Origin: Octopus bimaculoides
Lineage: Eukaryota
Length of the DNA: 64,000 bases
NCBI RefSeq assembly: GCF_001194135.2
Contig: NC_068987.1
Location: 1,409,477 to 1,473,476 of the forward strand
Reading direction: 5' to 3'
Shown here in pieces: positions 38,018 to 51,204 of this stretch (position 1 is its first letter; every line of letters begins with the position of its first letter). The notes beneath the pieces were generated by a model. It worked only from the letters and a program-made list of their open reading frames with translations. It ran no database searches and was not told the origin of the DNA. Both the position numbers and the translations under genes were made by a program.

Positions 38018-38020
38018 TGC

Positions 38021-38051
<31 letters not shown>

Positions 38052-39713
38052 AAATCTATTTGTTCAGAATCACGCCGGACGCGGAGGAAGAGAGAAAATA
38101 GTAATTCAGTGAAGGAGAAGTAGTGAGAGTAATAGCCCTGACTGAGGGAGAATGATAGAAAGTAATAGCAATAAAAGTAAAGGGTGATAGATGAATAAGG
38201 ATGGAAGGAGTGAAAAACAAATCAGCGTTTCAACTTTGTGAGTATGTGTGTGTATGTGTGCGTGTGCGTGTACAAGGGACGTATGTGAATGTTTGCATGT
38301 GTGATTATGTACCTTATTTTGTACCATATATTTCAAATACTACAATTAGCTGTCATTCTTGACGGCGCGTGGTCAGCTAGTACAGAAAGAAAAAATGTCA
38401 AAAGCAGGTTCCGGCTGATGTGGGGCTGAACTGTCGCAAAAACCATATTAAAATCCCACTGTATAAAGAGTTATCGTTCTTTCCTTCCATGACACTAATT
38501 ATCAGTATGCCCTACAGTTTTTCTCATCAATTTTAGTACAGCTGATTATGTGATACTTTCAGCATAAACTATGTTAGTCACCTCTTCACTCTACTTTCTA
38601 GGGTTACACACATGCAATACCTGTTGTTCTGGAATTTCCTAAAGCTAGTATTTGCGACTGACTGTACATAACGTGAAACACCATCAATCTTTTAAGGCAG
38701 AAATGTATGATAATTCGTATCCAGGTATTAAAATAGAGTTTGTAATCATAAGAAACAAGACGTATATTTTATAATATAATATATTTCAAACTTTAAGACA
38801 TTCACCTGGAGCGAGTGCCTCGAAAACTAACTTCCTGTCTCTGTGAAAGTTTTCTCACAAATACTTAAATAATAAATTTAACTTTAACCTGCATAAATAA
38901 ATGTTAACTGCAATCAGATTAAATAACTTGAAATATTTATTAGGGCAATTCTTAAATTAATTTTCTGAATTTACCATAAGTCTTTGAAACAATGTGACAT
39001 TATTCTTAGTGGTTGTGCAGTTATGTAGATTTATTTCCGATGCTATTCTCAAGTGTAATCCTACGTTTGCAATATCATACTATCAATATTAATGCTTCGA
39101 ATATTAAACTGTTTTATCTTATTAGTTTATTTACAACAATATCTGCTGCTAAGTAAATTGTGTATACTTAAAACAGAGAAAATGTAATGTGCAGACTATA
39201 ACTACCCTTCATGTTTACATTTATGTTATTATAACAATCATCATCACCATCATTATTACTATCATCATTTTGCTTATGTTGTCGCTATTATTATTATTAT
39301 TATTGTTATTATTATTATCCTTTCCTACTGTAGTGTTCAATGATGTTAATTACAAGCGAGCCGTTACGTTGCCTTATTTATGAAGTTTGTTTAATCCGAC
39401 ATTATTTCCCTATTGTATGCTGTTTGATTAGAAGCGAGTAACGAGAATGGAATTTGTCGAAGTAATTCTAAGACTGAGATATTTCAAAAATGACAATCAG
39501 GATTTCCATAGAGATCAAAGACAATTATTAATCAGCCAAGAATATAAAAAGGTGCTTTTAAATATTCTATTGTCTATTTACATAACCGAAGGTGGTTTTC
39601 ACGTTTGTTCCGTTTTCACATCTTTGATAGAGACCAAATCTGTACATTGTGTTCTCTTGTGTTCTTAACATATATGAAATGCTTTCTCTACAACACGCTG
39701 GAATATGTATCAC

Positions 39714-39772
<59 letters not shown>

Positions 39773-40156
39773 NNNNNNNNNNNNNNNNNNNNNNNNNNNN
39801 NNNNNNNNNNNNNNNNNNNNNNNNNNNNNNNNNNNNNCATATATATATATATATATATATATACATACATACATACATGTATATATATATATATATATGT
39901 ACATGTAGGTATATATATATATATGTGTGTGTGTGTGTGCATATACATACATATATAGGCATAAATATGCAGCTGTTTGTATAATTCAAATGGAATTTAT
40001 TGATTTGACCCAGAAATCACAAAAGTACGTAGAGTGTAAAAGAGAAGCTGATATAAATTGTATAGAGATATTTGTGGCTTCGATCAGCTGAATTATCTGT
40101 CCTGGCTTACTGTATAAGTGGCTGAGTATTCCAAAATGTGGTGTACGCTTATCGTA

Positions 40157-40380
40157 ATTCTTGATTTCAAACTTTGGTACAAGACCAGAATAAGTTCGGG
40201 GACGGGGAGCGGTTGTTAAGTCGATTGCATTGACCCCAGTGCTCAACTGGTCCTCATTCGATTAACCCTGGAAACATGAAGGGTAAAGTTGACCTCAGAT
40301 GAATTTAATCTCAGGACGAGAAGGCGGACGAAATGTCGCTGAGTATCTTTCCCTGCATGATAACGATTCTGCCAGCTCAC
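40157..40380 (-). mobile_element. SINE family B
   Basis: GTTAAGTCGATTGCATTGACCCCAGTGCTCAACTGG...AAAGTTGACCTCAG...TAACGATTCTGCCAGCTCAC. Confidence 0.85.
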
Positions 40381-41180
40381 ATCACTATTCATCAAAATTA
40401 TGAAGGTTTAGTATGACACGCTGAGTGGAAAGTTAGACCCATTAAAACACTAGTGTCATCTATTGAGTTCGCTGCCACAGTTTCCCTTTGCACCATTTTG
40501 TGCCGAAGGATTGGTTGAACCGCTAACTATGATGGAAGATATCTCTACAGGGAATCGGACCAAGGAACTCATGATTGTCAAAAACCTTTATAACCAGTTG
40601 ATAATGAGTTCTTTCAGACTTATACATTTGCACGTGAAAGTATGCATGTAAAACAGTACAACCTGTTGCATGGTTGGGTCGACAGCAACTAAAGTGGTTA
40701 AGCTTGCCTGGTGAGGAATGCTGCTAGAAACCCAGCAGGACTAAAGCGAAGACCTATGAAGTCCAACGACTAATTAGCAAATATCACGAGCCGCCAGAAA
40801 TTTCGAGTTGGTGTCCAGCATCTTAGAAGACCACTGGTAATGAGGCACTCCTTAAAATTTAGCATAGCATTTGTCAAGGAGAAGGTCACTCTGATATAAA
40901 AAACAAATGGCATTAAAGATTTTGGGGTATCATTTGCTTGTGCCCCAGATCACGGCGCTCCCACATTCCTGAGCCTGCGACCCATATTCGTACTGGATAA
41001 CTTTCCCTTGCCTGTCTCTGGATCATGTCAGTGCGGTGGAGAGAATCTGTGACGCACCGTGCAAGTCTTATGTATATATTAATAAATCTCAGGGTAGCAA
41101 AAAAATTTAGAAATTCTATTTGCTACCAGTGGTCTAGCGAGAAGAAAAAAACTAGTCAATATACTATATATTATTCATTT

Positions 41181-41392
41181 AAATATATACAGTCTACATT
41201 TAAACACATAAGAGAGATATCCATAATAAGACATCTAACCCGCTAGAAGAAGCAGTCAAACTCCAACTACAGTTGGGATAATTTCGAAATTATTCCTAAT
41301 TGTGGTTTGGAGTTTGACTGCTTCTTTTAGCGGGTTAGATGTCCTATTATGGACATCCCTCTTGTGTGTTTAAATGTACACTGTATTTATAT
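41181..41392. mobile_element. Fold-back palindrome of about 210 bp (MITE-like)
   Basis: Centre ATAATTTCGAAATTAT (axis 41285/41286). Arms of about 105 bp pair with scattered, mostly transition mismatches and two 1-nt indels. Confidence 0.9.
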
Positions 41393-41534
41393 GCCCCATT
41401 ATTAGACTATTTTCCTTAGTCATTTGCACGGTGATCTCTATAAGATTTAAGCTTGTAAAACATACCATTATTATTATTATTATTATTTACAGAATTGTAA
41501 AACTCGACCCCGCTTAACAAAACCATTCGAACCG

Positions 41535-41571
<37 letters not shown>

Positions 41572-41616
41572 CACGTGTATATGTATGTAAAAGAATTTTC
41601 TTTGTCTTATCATTTA

Positions 41617-41660
<44 letters not shown>

Positions 41661-41769
41661 GTATGTGTGTGTTTATGTATGTATACATACCTACAAATGG
41701 AAGACGACTGAGATAAAAAAAAATAAATGACGAAGGCGACAGCCAACGACATTGCTCTTACTGATGCTG

Positions 41770-41900
41770 AAAATGATGATGATGATGGTGATGGTGGTGG
41801 TGGTGGTGGTGGTCGTCGTCGTCATCGTCATGGTGTTCGTGATAGTGGGATAATAATGATGGTAATACTTGTGGTGATGATTGTGATAGAAGAGCAAGGA
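41770..41900. repeat. (GAT)n/(GGT)n/(CGT)n tract
   Basis: Read directly. Confidence 0.85.
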
Positions 41901-42328
41901 ACGGAGGGTGTGAGAGAAGAAAATGAGGGAGGAGAAGACAGAGAGGAAGTAAAAGAAAGAAAGAAACAAAGAAAGAAGAAGAAAGGGGATTGGCGGATGA
42001 GATGTTGTTTCTTTGTAAAATGTTGTTTTGGAAATATCTGCGAGTGTAGAATGGTTGCGAGACTATCAGGAATATTTATAGGTTGATTAGAAACGACAAA
42101 CAATTAGTTGACAACAAAGAATGCTGTGTTAGCTTGGAAGTCGCAACTTTGGTAAATATTGTAACAATTCTAAGAAAGTCCGAGAGTGGGAGGGTAGAAG
42201 CTGTGGTGGTAGGGGGAGGAGGAGGATTGTGTGACCAGGAAATCGATATTGACGCATTCATTGGAACACACGAAAACACACCAACACACACGCGTACGTG
42301 TGTGCATTCATGTCTGTATCGGTGTTCG

Positions 42329-42362
<34 letters not shown>

Positions 42363-42615
42363 TGTCTCAATCTCTGTTTTGCCTTTGTCTCAAATTTAGT
42401 GACAACCACTCACTTTGCCAACATAAAGACATACAGTTTCATATATATATGTGTGTATGTGTGTCTGTGTTTGTATACACATATGTGATTAATTATGTAT
42501 CTGTATATATATNNNNNNNNNNTATATATATATATATATATATACATACATACATGTGTGTGTGTGAGTGTCCCGTAATGGATAACTGTTGTTATATCAA
42601 ACTCACCCGATATAT

Positions 42616-42649
<34 letters not shown>

Positions 42650-42920
42650 CAAAGATATATATCAGCCAATGTATATGCTAAGCAAGCGATGCCTCAATAG
42701 ATATTTTTGCAAATAAATCTAAAATTTCTTAAAACCAAAAAAAAAAAAAGAAAAATAACGAAAGACAGCAGAAATGATTTTCTTTAAAAAAAAGTTTTGT
42801 GCAAAATAAAAAATGGTAATTGGATGAAATAAATGCGTTTGCATGTGTGTCACAGTCTGCACACACGCAAACGCACACACACGCTCACACACACGTTAGA
42901 ATTTATGTAGAATTTGTATG

Positions 42921-43250
42921 TGTCCGGTCGTGCGGTCGTGGTTTCGATTCTCAGACCGGACGTTGTGAGTGTTTATTGAGCGAAAACACCTAAGGGTCCA
43001 CGAGGCTCCGACATGGGGAGGGGACCGAACCCTGCTGTACTCTTTCATCATAACTTTCTCTCACTCTTTCTTCCCGTTTCTGTTGTACTTGGATTTCAAA
43101 GTGCCACCCTTGCCACACTCTGTGTCACACTTCGTCTCTCCGAGAACTACATTAAGGGTACACGTGTCTCGGGAGTGCTCAGCCACTTGCACGTTAATTT
43201 CACGAGCAGACTGTTACCTTGATTGGTATAACTGGAACGCTCGTGTGCCA
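42921..43250 (+). mobile_element. SINE with family A 3' half and a different central domain
   Basis: GGTTTCGATTCTCAGACCGG (B box). TGTACTCTTTCA...GAGAACTACATTAAGGGTACACGTGTC...GTGCTCAGCCACTTGCACGTTAATTTCACGA matches 800-960. Confidence 0.85.
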
Positions 43251-44321
43251 CGATATATATATATATATATATATGGAGAGAGAGAGAGAGAGAGACCCTT
43301 CGTTCTTGTGTGCAGGAATTCGTTCAAGTCCTAGATTTGAAGATGTGAGGAAAATGCCATGACTTACAGAATATCCAGTTCCTTGAAAATATGAATATGA
43401 AACGAGAAAATGATCTATTAGCTGGACTTATCCATCTTAACATCACAACACAGTAGTCTATTTTACTGCAAGCATTCCACTACCGTTACAAGTCTTAGAT
43501 TAAAATTGTCCCTTTCTTTTTAACAGCCTCTGGGACCCGATTATAAAAGAAAGAAATAAAAGTCCCTCATCGGCGCTAATATATCTTAATTGAGTCTTTG
43601 AAAATAACCAGCCGTCGTTCGCTCTTAAACGAAAGAAATAGAATAAGTTTATAATTTTGACCAATATATCTCCAAAGGACACCGAAATTGTTCCAAACGG
43701 TGAAGTATTCGCTCTGTGCAGGTCTTCCAGTTTCTGAGTGTCTAAGGTCCCAATAGGATATATCCCTTTAAAATATGGTACGTCCTCTCATCTAAAAGCT
43801 GTCAGTGTATAACAGTTCAGTGGCTGATCTTTATAAGTGTCAATTTATAAGTATTACTGAACGGCCAAACCCTCCATGAAGTCTCTGTCGAATGCGCTGC
43901 TCGTTTTCGTAATGACGTTCCTGTCAACTAACGCTAGAATAATTGTCAGCTGTTTATATGCCAAACTTTCCCTTTCATTTACACGTTACCCAAGAATGTG
44001 GTTCTAAGGAACATACGAGTAGAGAATCTTACAACGGATTTACTTCGAGGATATTATTCACATTCCATAATACCTACCAAAAGTGCGAAAATTCCTTGGC
44101 ATTAGCATAATACACATGCCTCGTCTTCATTGGAATTGGTACAGTTGCTACCATTCTGAACAATACTAATATCCTTCATCAAAGACATGGAATAGCATTT
44201 ACACTTATTTGGTTACAAGACTAGGCGCGCTTGGCTGCACACGTTGACCTACAGAATATTTCAAATGTTCTACGTAAAGCTAATACTTTAAGTGTTTTTT
44301 TTCTCTCGTTTCCAACTCCAG

Positions 44322-44336
44322 GGATGCCTGAGTCGA
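44322..44336 (+). other. Candidate 15-nt microexon
   Basis: Branch-like GCTAAT at about 44279, then gtgttttttttctctcgtttccaactccAG|GGATGCCTGAGTCGA|GTAAGT. Reads GCLSR (phase 0) or xMPES (phase 1). Confidence 0.4.
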
Positions 44337-44959
44337 GTAAGTACACCTCATTATCTGAATCCATTTCATACGTAGATACCGAAATCTTACCAGCCAACAA
44401 AAACATAATCATAAAGAAACTTTAAATGGTCCCAACTTCTTTTTAACAAACTTTTCTTATTCGTAGCCATTTTCTTTTACTCTTTACAAAATATTTCTCT
44501 TCTCATCATATTTGATACTTTTAATAAAAAGTCTATAAAAGTCTCTTATTCTACCATTGCTAATGTTATCATTTCATATGGGATACATCAAACAGAGCGC
44601 TTATTTCCCCCAAATCCGATTTTTATAATCTAACACTTTACTGAATTCCTGTTTCACTGTAATTGTACTTTTAAAGACATTGTTTACACTGCTACGTCAG
44701 AAACACACATTGTTTCTAAATCAGAATACACACGCACGCACACCCACGTTCTTCTATTCTTCCAGGACCTAGAAAATGACTAACAGTTCTTCATGCATTG
44801 AGTGATGCGATATTTGGGTGCTGTGGCAATGTTATATCCTTGAGTCCCAGAGTCTTTCAAGTCTTCAAATATGAATCCAGGTGCTGGTCACCCAACAAAG
44901 GCTGATCAAGCGTTAACCTGTATTTGTGTGATCGTCTACTCACCTCACCTGTGCTTCTT

Positions 44960-45700
44960 TTTAGACACAGAGAAATATTCTGAATGTTACTTTATAGCAT
45001 CCATCTTGCTCTTAATGTCTCTTCTCTTTCTCACTAACATTACCCATACAGATATGTCAACTTTACTAAGTGAACGATACGCAAATCCTCCATTGCCGCG
45101 TTCCACTGACATACACTTCTCCACTCCAGTTATGCAGCAGCCCTCTACACACTCTTACTCTTTTAGACACCCATCACTTGCGTTACCATACCACGGTTAT
45201 CCTCAGAAAGTAGCATTTTCTCCCATCCCTACAAGCACTCGATGATAAGTAATGAATGTTTGAACGGATAAGCTCACATCGCACAAAAAGGGGTTACGGA
45301 AAGCAAACAGTCCGAAAAGTTCTGGGTTTTCTTTCGATGTTCGTCCATCTTAACAAAACTGGCATTTTTTGCTGTCAAGAAACTCCCTTCTGATTACTAC
45401 TTCAATCATGATTTGAGAGCTTATATCTTCACCGCTCGAGCTTCTAACTTGGGACTCTGCAGCAGTCCGGGAAGAAAAGGGCCAGGAAGATGTTTGCATG
45501 ATACCCCATACAAATACGTTTTATGCTCTGAAACGGATATCACAGAAGAAGGGTCATGCATGCATTTTCACGATGTCCGTACAGAGACACTGTATAGAAT
45601 GCAAAGGATTTCTTCAGTCAACAACTTGAATACCTTTGGGTTCCATTTCCAGATCTCCATCCACCTAATATTCTGCTCTCTCGCCTCCCTCCATTTCAAA
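44960..45700 (-). mobile_element. Decayed RLE-encoding non-LTR retrotransposon (Hero-like) C-terminus
   Basis: Minus strand RWMEIWKWNPKVFKLL (WxEIWKxEPxRIKFL-like), ITVVW (LTVPWE-like) and CMSVERGNGGFAYRSL (CxPVEVGCRGFxxxSL-like), in the expected order, with stops and frameshifts. Confidence 0.45.
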
Positions 45701-45805
45701 TATTGTTGTTTAATTTAGAAATCACCCTCAAAATTTCAACATCAGACTCATGAATGATGTAAGATCATCAAATTATTTTAATTATTAATATTATTATTAT
45801 TATTT

Positions 45806-45837
<32 letters not shown>

Positions 45838-46059
45838 TATAATGAAAGTAATAATGTTCTCAATGATATGGATTTCTTGAATAATATCATTATCATCGTC
45901 ATAATTATTATCGTCATTATTCGCATCAAAATTAACATATGATTCTAATTATCGAATTATCAACATCATTAACATAGATATCATTATCTTGAGTAATTTG
46001 CTCCACATCATTTTTATCAGCATTTGACTTTCCTCTTTTTCCTCTCCTTTTGTTCAACA

Positions 46060-46340
46060 TCACCACCACTACCACCACCACCACCATGCATCACTGTCGT
46101 CATCATCATCATCATCATCATCATCATCACTCCTATGCCCAATATAACTATCATTATCATATACATCATAACTATCATCTTCATGTCAACTTCATGATAC
46201 TTCATCTCTACCTTCTCCTCCTCTCCTCCGTCGTCATCATCACAGTCATCAGTATCTTCATCACCAACATTATTAACAACTTCATAGTCATTAACGCCAT
46301 CACTATCATGATCACCAAAATCAACCACCACCAATCCCCG
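46060..46340. repeat. (CAC)n/(CAT)n compound tract
   Basis: Read directly; source of the poly-His/Thr/Met ORFs. Confidence 0.9.
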
Positions 46341-46684
46341 CCCCCATTATCTGCAGTAAATTTCTCATTCCATCCACAATGACATCCCCCCACCAATACC
46401 TCACGTTCCCCGATTTGCCGTGCTGTAATTATTATCTTCTGTCACATTGTAAAAGACTTTCCTAATTTTAGCCCAGCTTGGAATGAAGAATTCTGATATA
46501 TTCGATAAAATCATTAATATTATTACTACCCAATGCCATATTGAAGCTATTGTTGGTCTTACCAGTGAATGGTTCTTATCAAGAACTGGTTTCCACCCTA
46601 ATAAGTACGATGTGAAGATTAACACTGATCTAATTATGCCCATCTCCAAATGGAAACCTTTGTCTATAAGTATATCTAATTTCA

Positions 46685-46729
<45 letters not shown>

Positions 46730-46789
46730 TCCTATATATATATATATATACACATTATTAATAAATACACACACACACACACACACACG

Positions 46790-46822
<33 letters not shown>

Positions 46823-47698
46823 ATAGACATATAGATAAGTGGATACATAGATAGATAAATACGTGAGTATGTGTATCAATAATTGTATATCTCAACTAAA
46901 TTATTATCAAGTTTGTAATTAGAAGAGTATAAATGTATATTATCTCTATTTCCGTGTGTATACGAGTAGGTATTGACTTAACTCTATATACATAAACATA
47001 TTCATGTATCTAGTTCTCATTTTCTTGATCTATATCACTATATGTGCGTGTGTATATGTATTCGCGACTCTTACCTGTGTGAGAAATTATATTTACAATA
47101 CCTGTAAGACTTGGGGTTCTTAGAGTATCTAACTTAAGTCCCCCATTTATTGCTGTATATGTCCCTATAGTTTAAATTCTGAGTTCAAAATTCTTTTCCT
47201 TCTTCTGGAATCAATAAAACAAAGTACCCGTATGGAGTAGTGAACTGGTGTAGTTTGTTGAGGTTGAGATAAGACAATATAGTGTACACATTGTTAAGAT
47301 TCTTTAGGATCTGCGGTAATTTATGAAACCATTGGTACCATGACAAGTTTTATCGCTACCGAACTTTCTTTATCACAGCCTCAGTGATGTGGAAAGGAGA
47401 ATATTACTGCTTGCACACTTGTTTCTGTAGCATAAATAAACTTACCCGGGCTTCAGTTTGAGAGAAAAGATTTCAGGAGGAGAAACACGATGGTCGACAG
47501 TGGCAGACCAAGACATATATATACATCGACGTCGTCGTCCTGTCGTGTTCGAGTTTGGCACATCTGGTACCTCCATGATATATATGCATGAAGCTGGCAG
47601 CTTCAGTATATATACATGTATTATATTAGAGTAAAATGGACAGCAAAACCCAAGGGAGGACGAGTATCTCAAGTCATTTAGAATATTATGAACTTGAA

Positions 47699-47774
47699 GT
47701 CTTACAGCTGTTTCTCGGATATCTCAAGTGATATGCTAGCATGTTCGTATGCTGGGTATTCCGTCATCAGAGAC
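47699..47774 (-). ncRNA. Type I hammerhead ribozyme fold in a Penelope-like remnant
   Basis: GTCT-CTGATGA-CGGA(A)TA...TATCCG-A-GAA-AC-AGCT-GT-A-AGAC. Stem I is 4 bp, stem III is the palindrome ACAGCTGT, the triplet is GUA, and there is one extra A before G12. Confidence 0.65.
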
Positions 47775-47917
47775 AAGGTGAGTATATATGAACGTTCTTG
47801 ACAGGAAAATTCACAGTTTATAAGGAATAAAATAGAAGATAGAAGAATAAAGAGTTAACAGTAGATAGCAGAAATCAGTATCTCCTCTTTTACTCTTTAT
47901 CCTTCTATTTAATATAC

Positions 47918-47956
<39 letters not shown>

Positions 47957-48478
47957 NNNNNNNNNNNNNNNNNNNNNNNNNNNNNNNNNNNNNNNNNNNN
48001 NNNNNNNNNNNNNNNNNNNNNNNNNNNNNNNNNNNNNNNNNNNNNNNNNNNNNNNNNNNNNNNNNNNNNNNNNNNNNNNNNNNNNNNNNNNNNNNNNNNN
48101 NNNNNNNNNNNNNNNNNNNNNNNNNNNNNNNNNNNNNNNNNNNNNNNNNNNNNNNNNNNNNNNNNNNNNNNNNNNNNNNNNNNNNNNNNNNNNNNNNNNN
48201 NNNNNNNNNNNNNNNNNNNNNNNNNNNNNNNNNNNNNNNNNNNNNNNNNNNNNNNNNNNNNNNNNNNNNNNNNNNNNNNNNNNNNNNNNNNNNNNNNNNN
48301 NNNNNNNNNNNNNNNNNNNNNNNNNNNNNNNNNNNNNNNNNNNNNNNNNNNNNNNNNNNNNNNNNNCTAGATATAGAAATACGTGGCGCCCCTCGGTACC
48401 GAAGTCTACGTCCAACAGGAACCAACAGTCAACAGAAAACTGGAAACAAACACTCTAAGGTTTGATTTACTAAACAAT

Positions 48479-48520
<42 letters not shown>

Positions 48521-48537
48521 GTATGCATAGATAATGG

Positions 48538-48582
<45 letters not shown>

Positions 48583-49231
48583 TACATATATTATGCATAG
48601 GTATGTTTTTACGTATATAGCTATCGTAGGAATTCATATAGATACACATACATCGATACATAGATTTATGTATATATATAAACATATATATATATATGTT
48701 CATATATGTATATGTTTATATATATGTCTATATATATACATGTATGTATGTATATGTTTGCATATGTTTATATGTATATATTGTAAATATATATATATAA
48801 TGTAAGTGTGACAGGGAGAGGGAGAGACTGGCCAATGTTTTCTCCAAGAAAACGGAGAGGAATCGATAAAGCAGTAAAAATATTGCCAAGAGAAGAAAAG
48901 TAAGAACATTGATTTACGTCTTGAGTAATTCATTCCAGTAGTTTCTCACAACTGACACTTTTAATTTGGAAGCATTGCAATCATTAGAAAATAGTTGATG
49001 TCTTTGAGAATAGCGTTTGACGGAAGCTGTAAAAAATTTGTCTAAATTTGGCTATAATCACTGGCTATTTGTGAACATTGTAATCCTAACAAAGTGAGAG
49101 CACGAAATTTGGAGCCAACAGTAATATACTGATTAATTTAAGACGCATACATACATACGTACATATATATATATAAATATATATATACATGTATATGTTT
49201 GTATATATATATATATGTATATGTTTGTGTG

Positions 49232-49294
<63 letters not shown>

Positions 49295-50723
49295 GTCTTT
49301 TCTTTTATTTACGTTTTGTGAGTTTTCGCGAACAGAAAAATAAATAAAAAAATAAATACAATAAACTAAACAAACAAACTAACAGACGAATGAAAAAATA
49401 TCTATATAAACATTTTTTTCTGTGTTTCTCATAAAACCTTCGAGGCCCATAGAAAGAGTAGCTAGATACCCCTTATAACAGACTCTGCTGTTTGAAGGCA
49501 GAAGTACAGAACGGAAAAATATATTCTGAACTTCACAATTTGAAAGAAATCGTGAAGTTCGTGTTCGGAAGGTCCGTAATAATAGGTCTGCTCTGTCTAG
49601 TTCAACCAAGATTCGAACGAGGAAAACAACGACGACGCTAACTTCATTAAAAAAATACCATAAACACGGGAGTGAATGCCCATGGGTTCACCACATTGCT
49701 AGAAATAGACGGTAAATCTATCTACAACACATAACGACCTGAGAATGCGGGAGACCCGGCATTGATCACGGATGGAATGCATTTGAGCGTCTGTTTGCTC
49801 AGTCAGAGATAAATAGGTACTGAACTGAACTGAGCTGAGCAACAACATTAGCGGCACAATTTTGTCATTTGATCTGAAAGAACAGCCAAGCGTGCAGCAA
49901 AGATTCAAAGATATTCATTAAATATACGCTACACATAAGCGCATAGCTACGTACACATCTATCAGAAAACACACATCCCCATACACGTACATATACACAC
50001 ATACAGATTCAGACACGCACACACAGACACACATATACACACACAGATACACATTATAAATACATGGATTGATTGATAGACAGACAGACAGTCAGACAGA
50101 CAGACAGACAGACAGATAGATAGATAGAAAGTACTAGGTAAGGTGATGGCAAAGGACAAATATATGATATATATATATATATATATATTCATGAATTCAT
50201 ATAGCTGAATATGTTTCAATTTTGGAGTTATTTCAATGGTAGAATTCTGTTATCTTTTAGGGTTGTTTACGAATCTTTAATTTACACATCTTGAATAATA
50301 CTAAAAGATGGTCCAAACACAAATATCTATTTTGCTATGCTTATCTATGTTTCTATATCTAGCAATGCATCTATACTTACATCTATCCCTCTTTTTTTCT
50401 CCGTCTCCCTGCACATAAATTCATACTCACTCTCACACACACACTCCCTCTTTTTCTCTCTACTGAAGGCTTATTTGTTTTTCTTACTTTGTGTGGAAGT
50501 TCGTAGAACTTGTATTGCTAAAAGTGTATGGAGGATCGTATTAATGAGAAAATATTATTTCTTGAAATACATGCCAACCTCGGGCCATTGTGTGGCTTCA
50601 AGCAATTGGCATTCTTTAAATGGATTTATTATGGAGCTATTATAGTGAGTCGTATACTTATACATGCAAATACGTATATGTATGCACATATATATGCATT
50701 TATATGTATATACACATACAACT

Positions 50724-50772
<49 letters not shown>

Positions 50773-51204
50773 TTTTTCGTATGCATGTATGAATATATGC
50801 ATATATTTTCAATTAATTTTTCATACTCTGCAACAAAACGTCTCTATGAAACAACCGTTGTACGCGGCTATATCCTGTCGCTGGTAATTATACATAAATC
50901 AACGAACCACATGCAAGCACACACACTCTCACACACACTTCCACATGCATATACACACACTAACCTATACGCAAAACCACATAATAACAGACCCAGGCAA
51001 GTTATGTAATCTTTATGCAAACTTATATTTTGTTATAAATTTACGATTTACATTGTAGTTTGAATCTGTGAAAGAAATTCGTAAAGAATTTATAGCATCT
51101 TTTGAAATGGAATGTTTGTCGAGATTCTTAATCCGCAACATTACGTAAAGCAAAAAAAAAAAAAACACCAAATGGAAATCAGAATATTTAAAAATATTTC
51201 TAAC

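Noticed and set aside
43716-43785. Plus-strand exon with CAG acceptor and GTACGT donor
   Set aside because: Stops in all three frames.
46017-46396. Poly-His/Met ORFs resembling a transcription-factor or metal-binding domain
   Set aside because: Pure trinucleotide low complexity, open on both strands, with no splice signals or domain.
47708-47783. Plus-strand exon ending AAG|GTGAGT (CFSDISSDMLACSYAGYSVIRDK)
   Set aside because: It lies antisense within the hammerhead-bearing repeat and has a weak acceptor, so it is better explained by the element.
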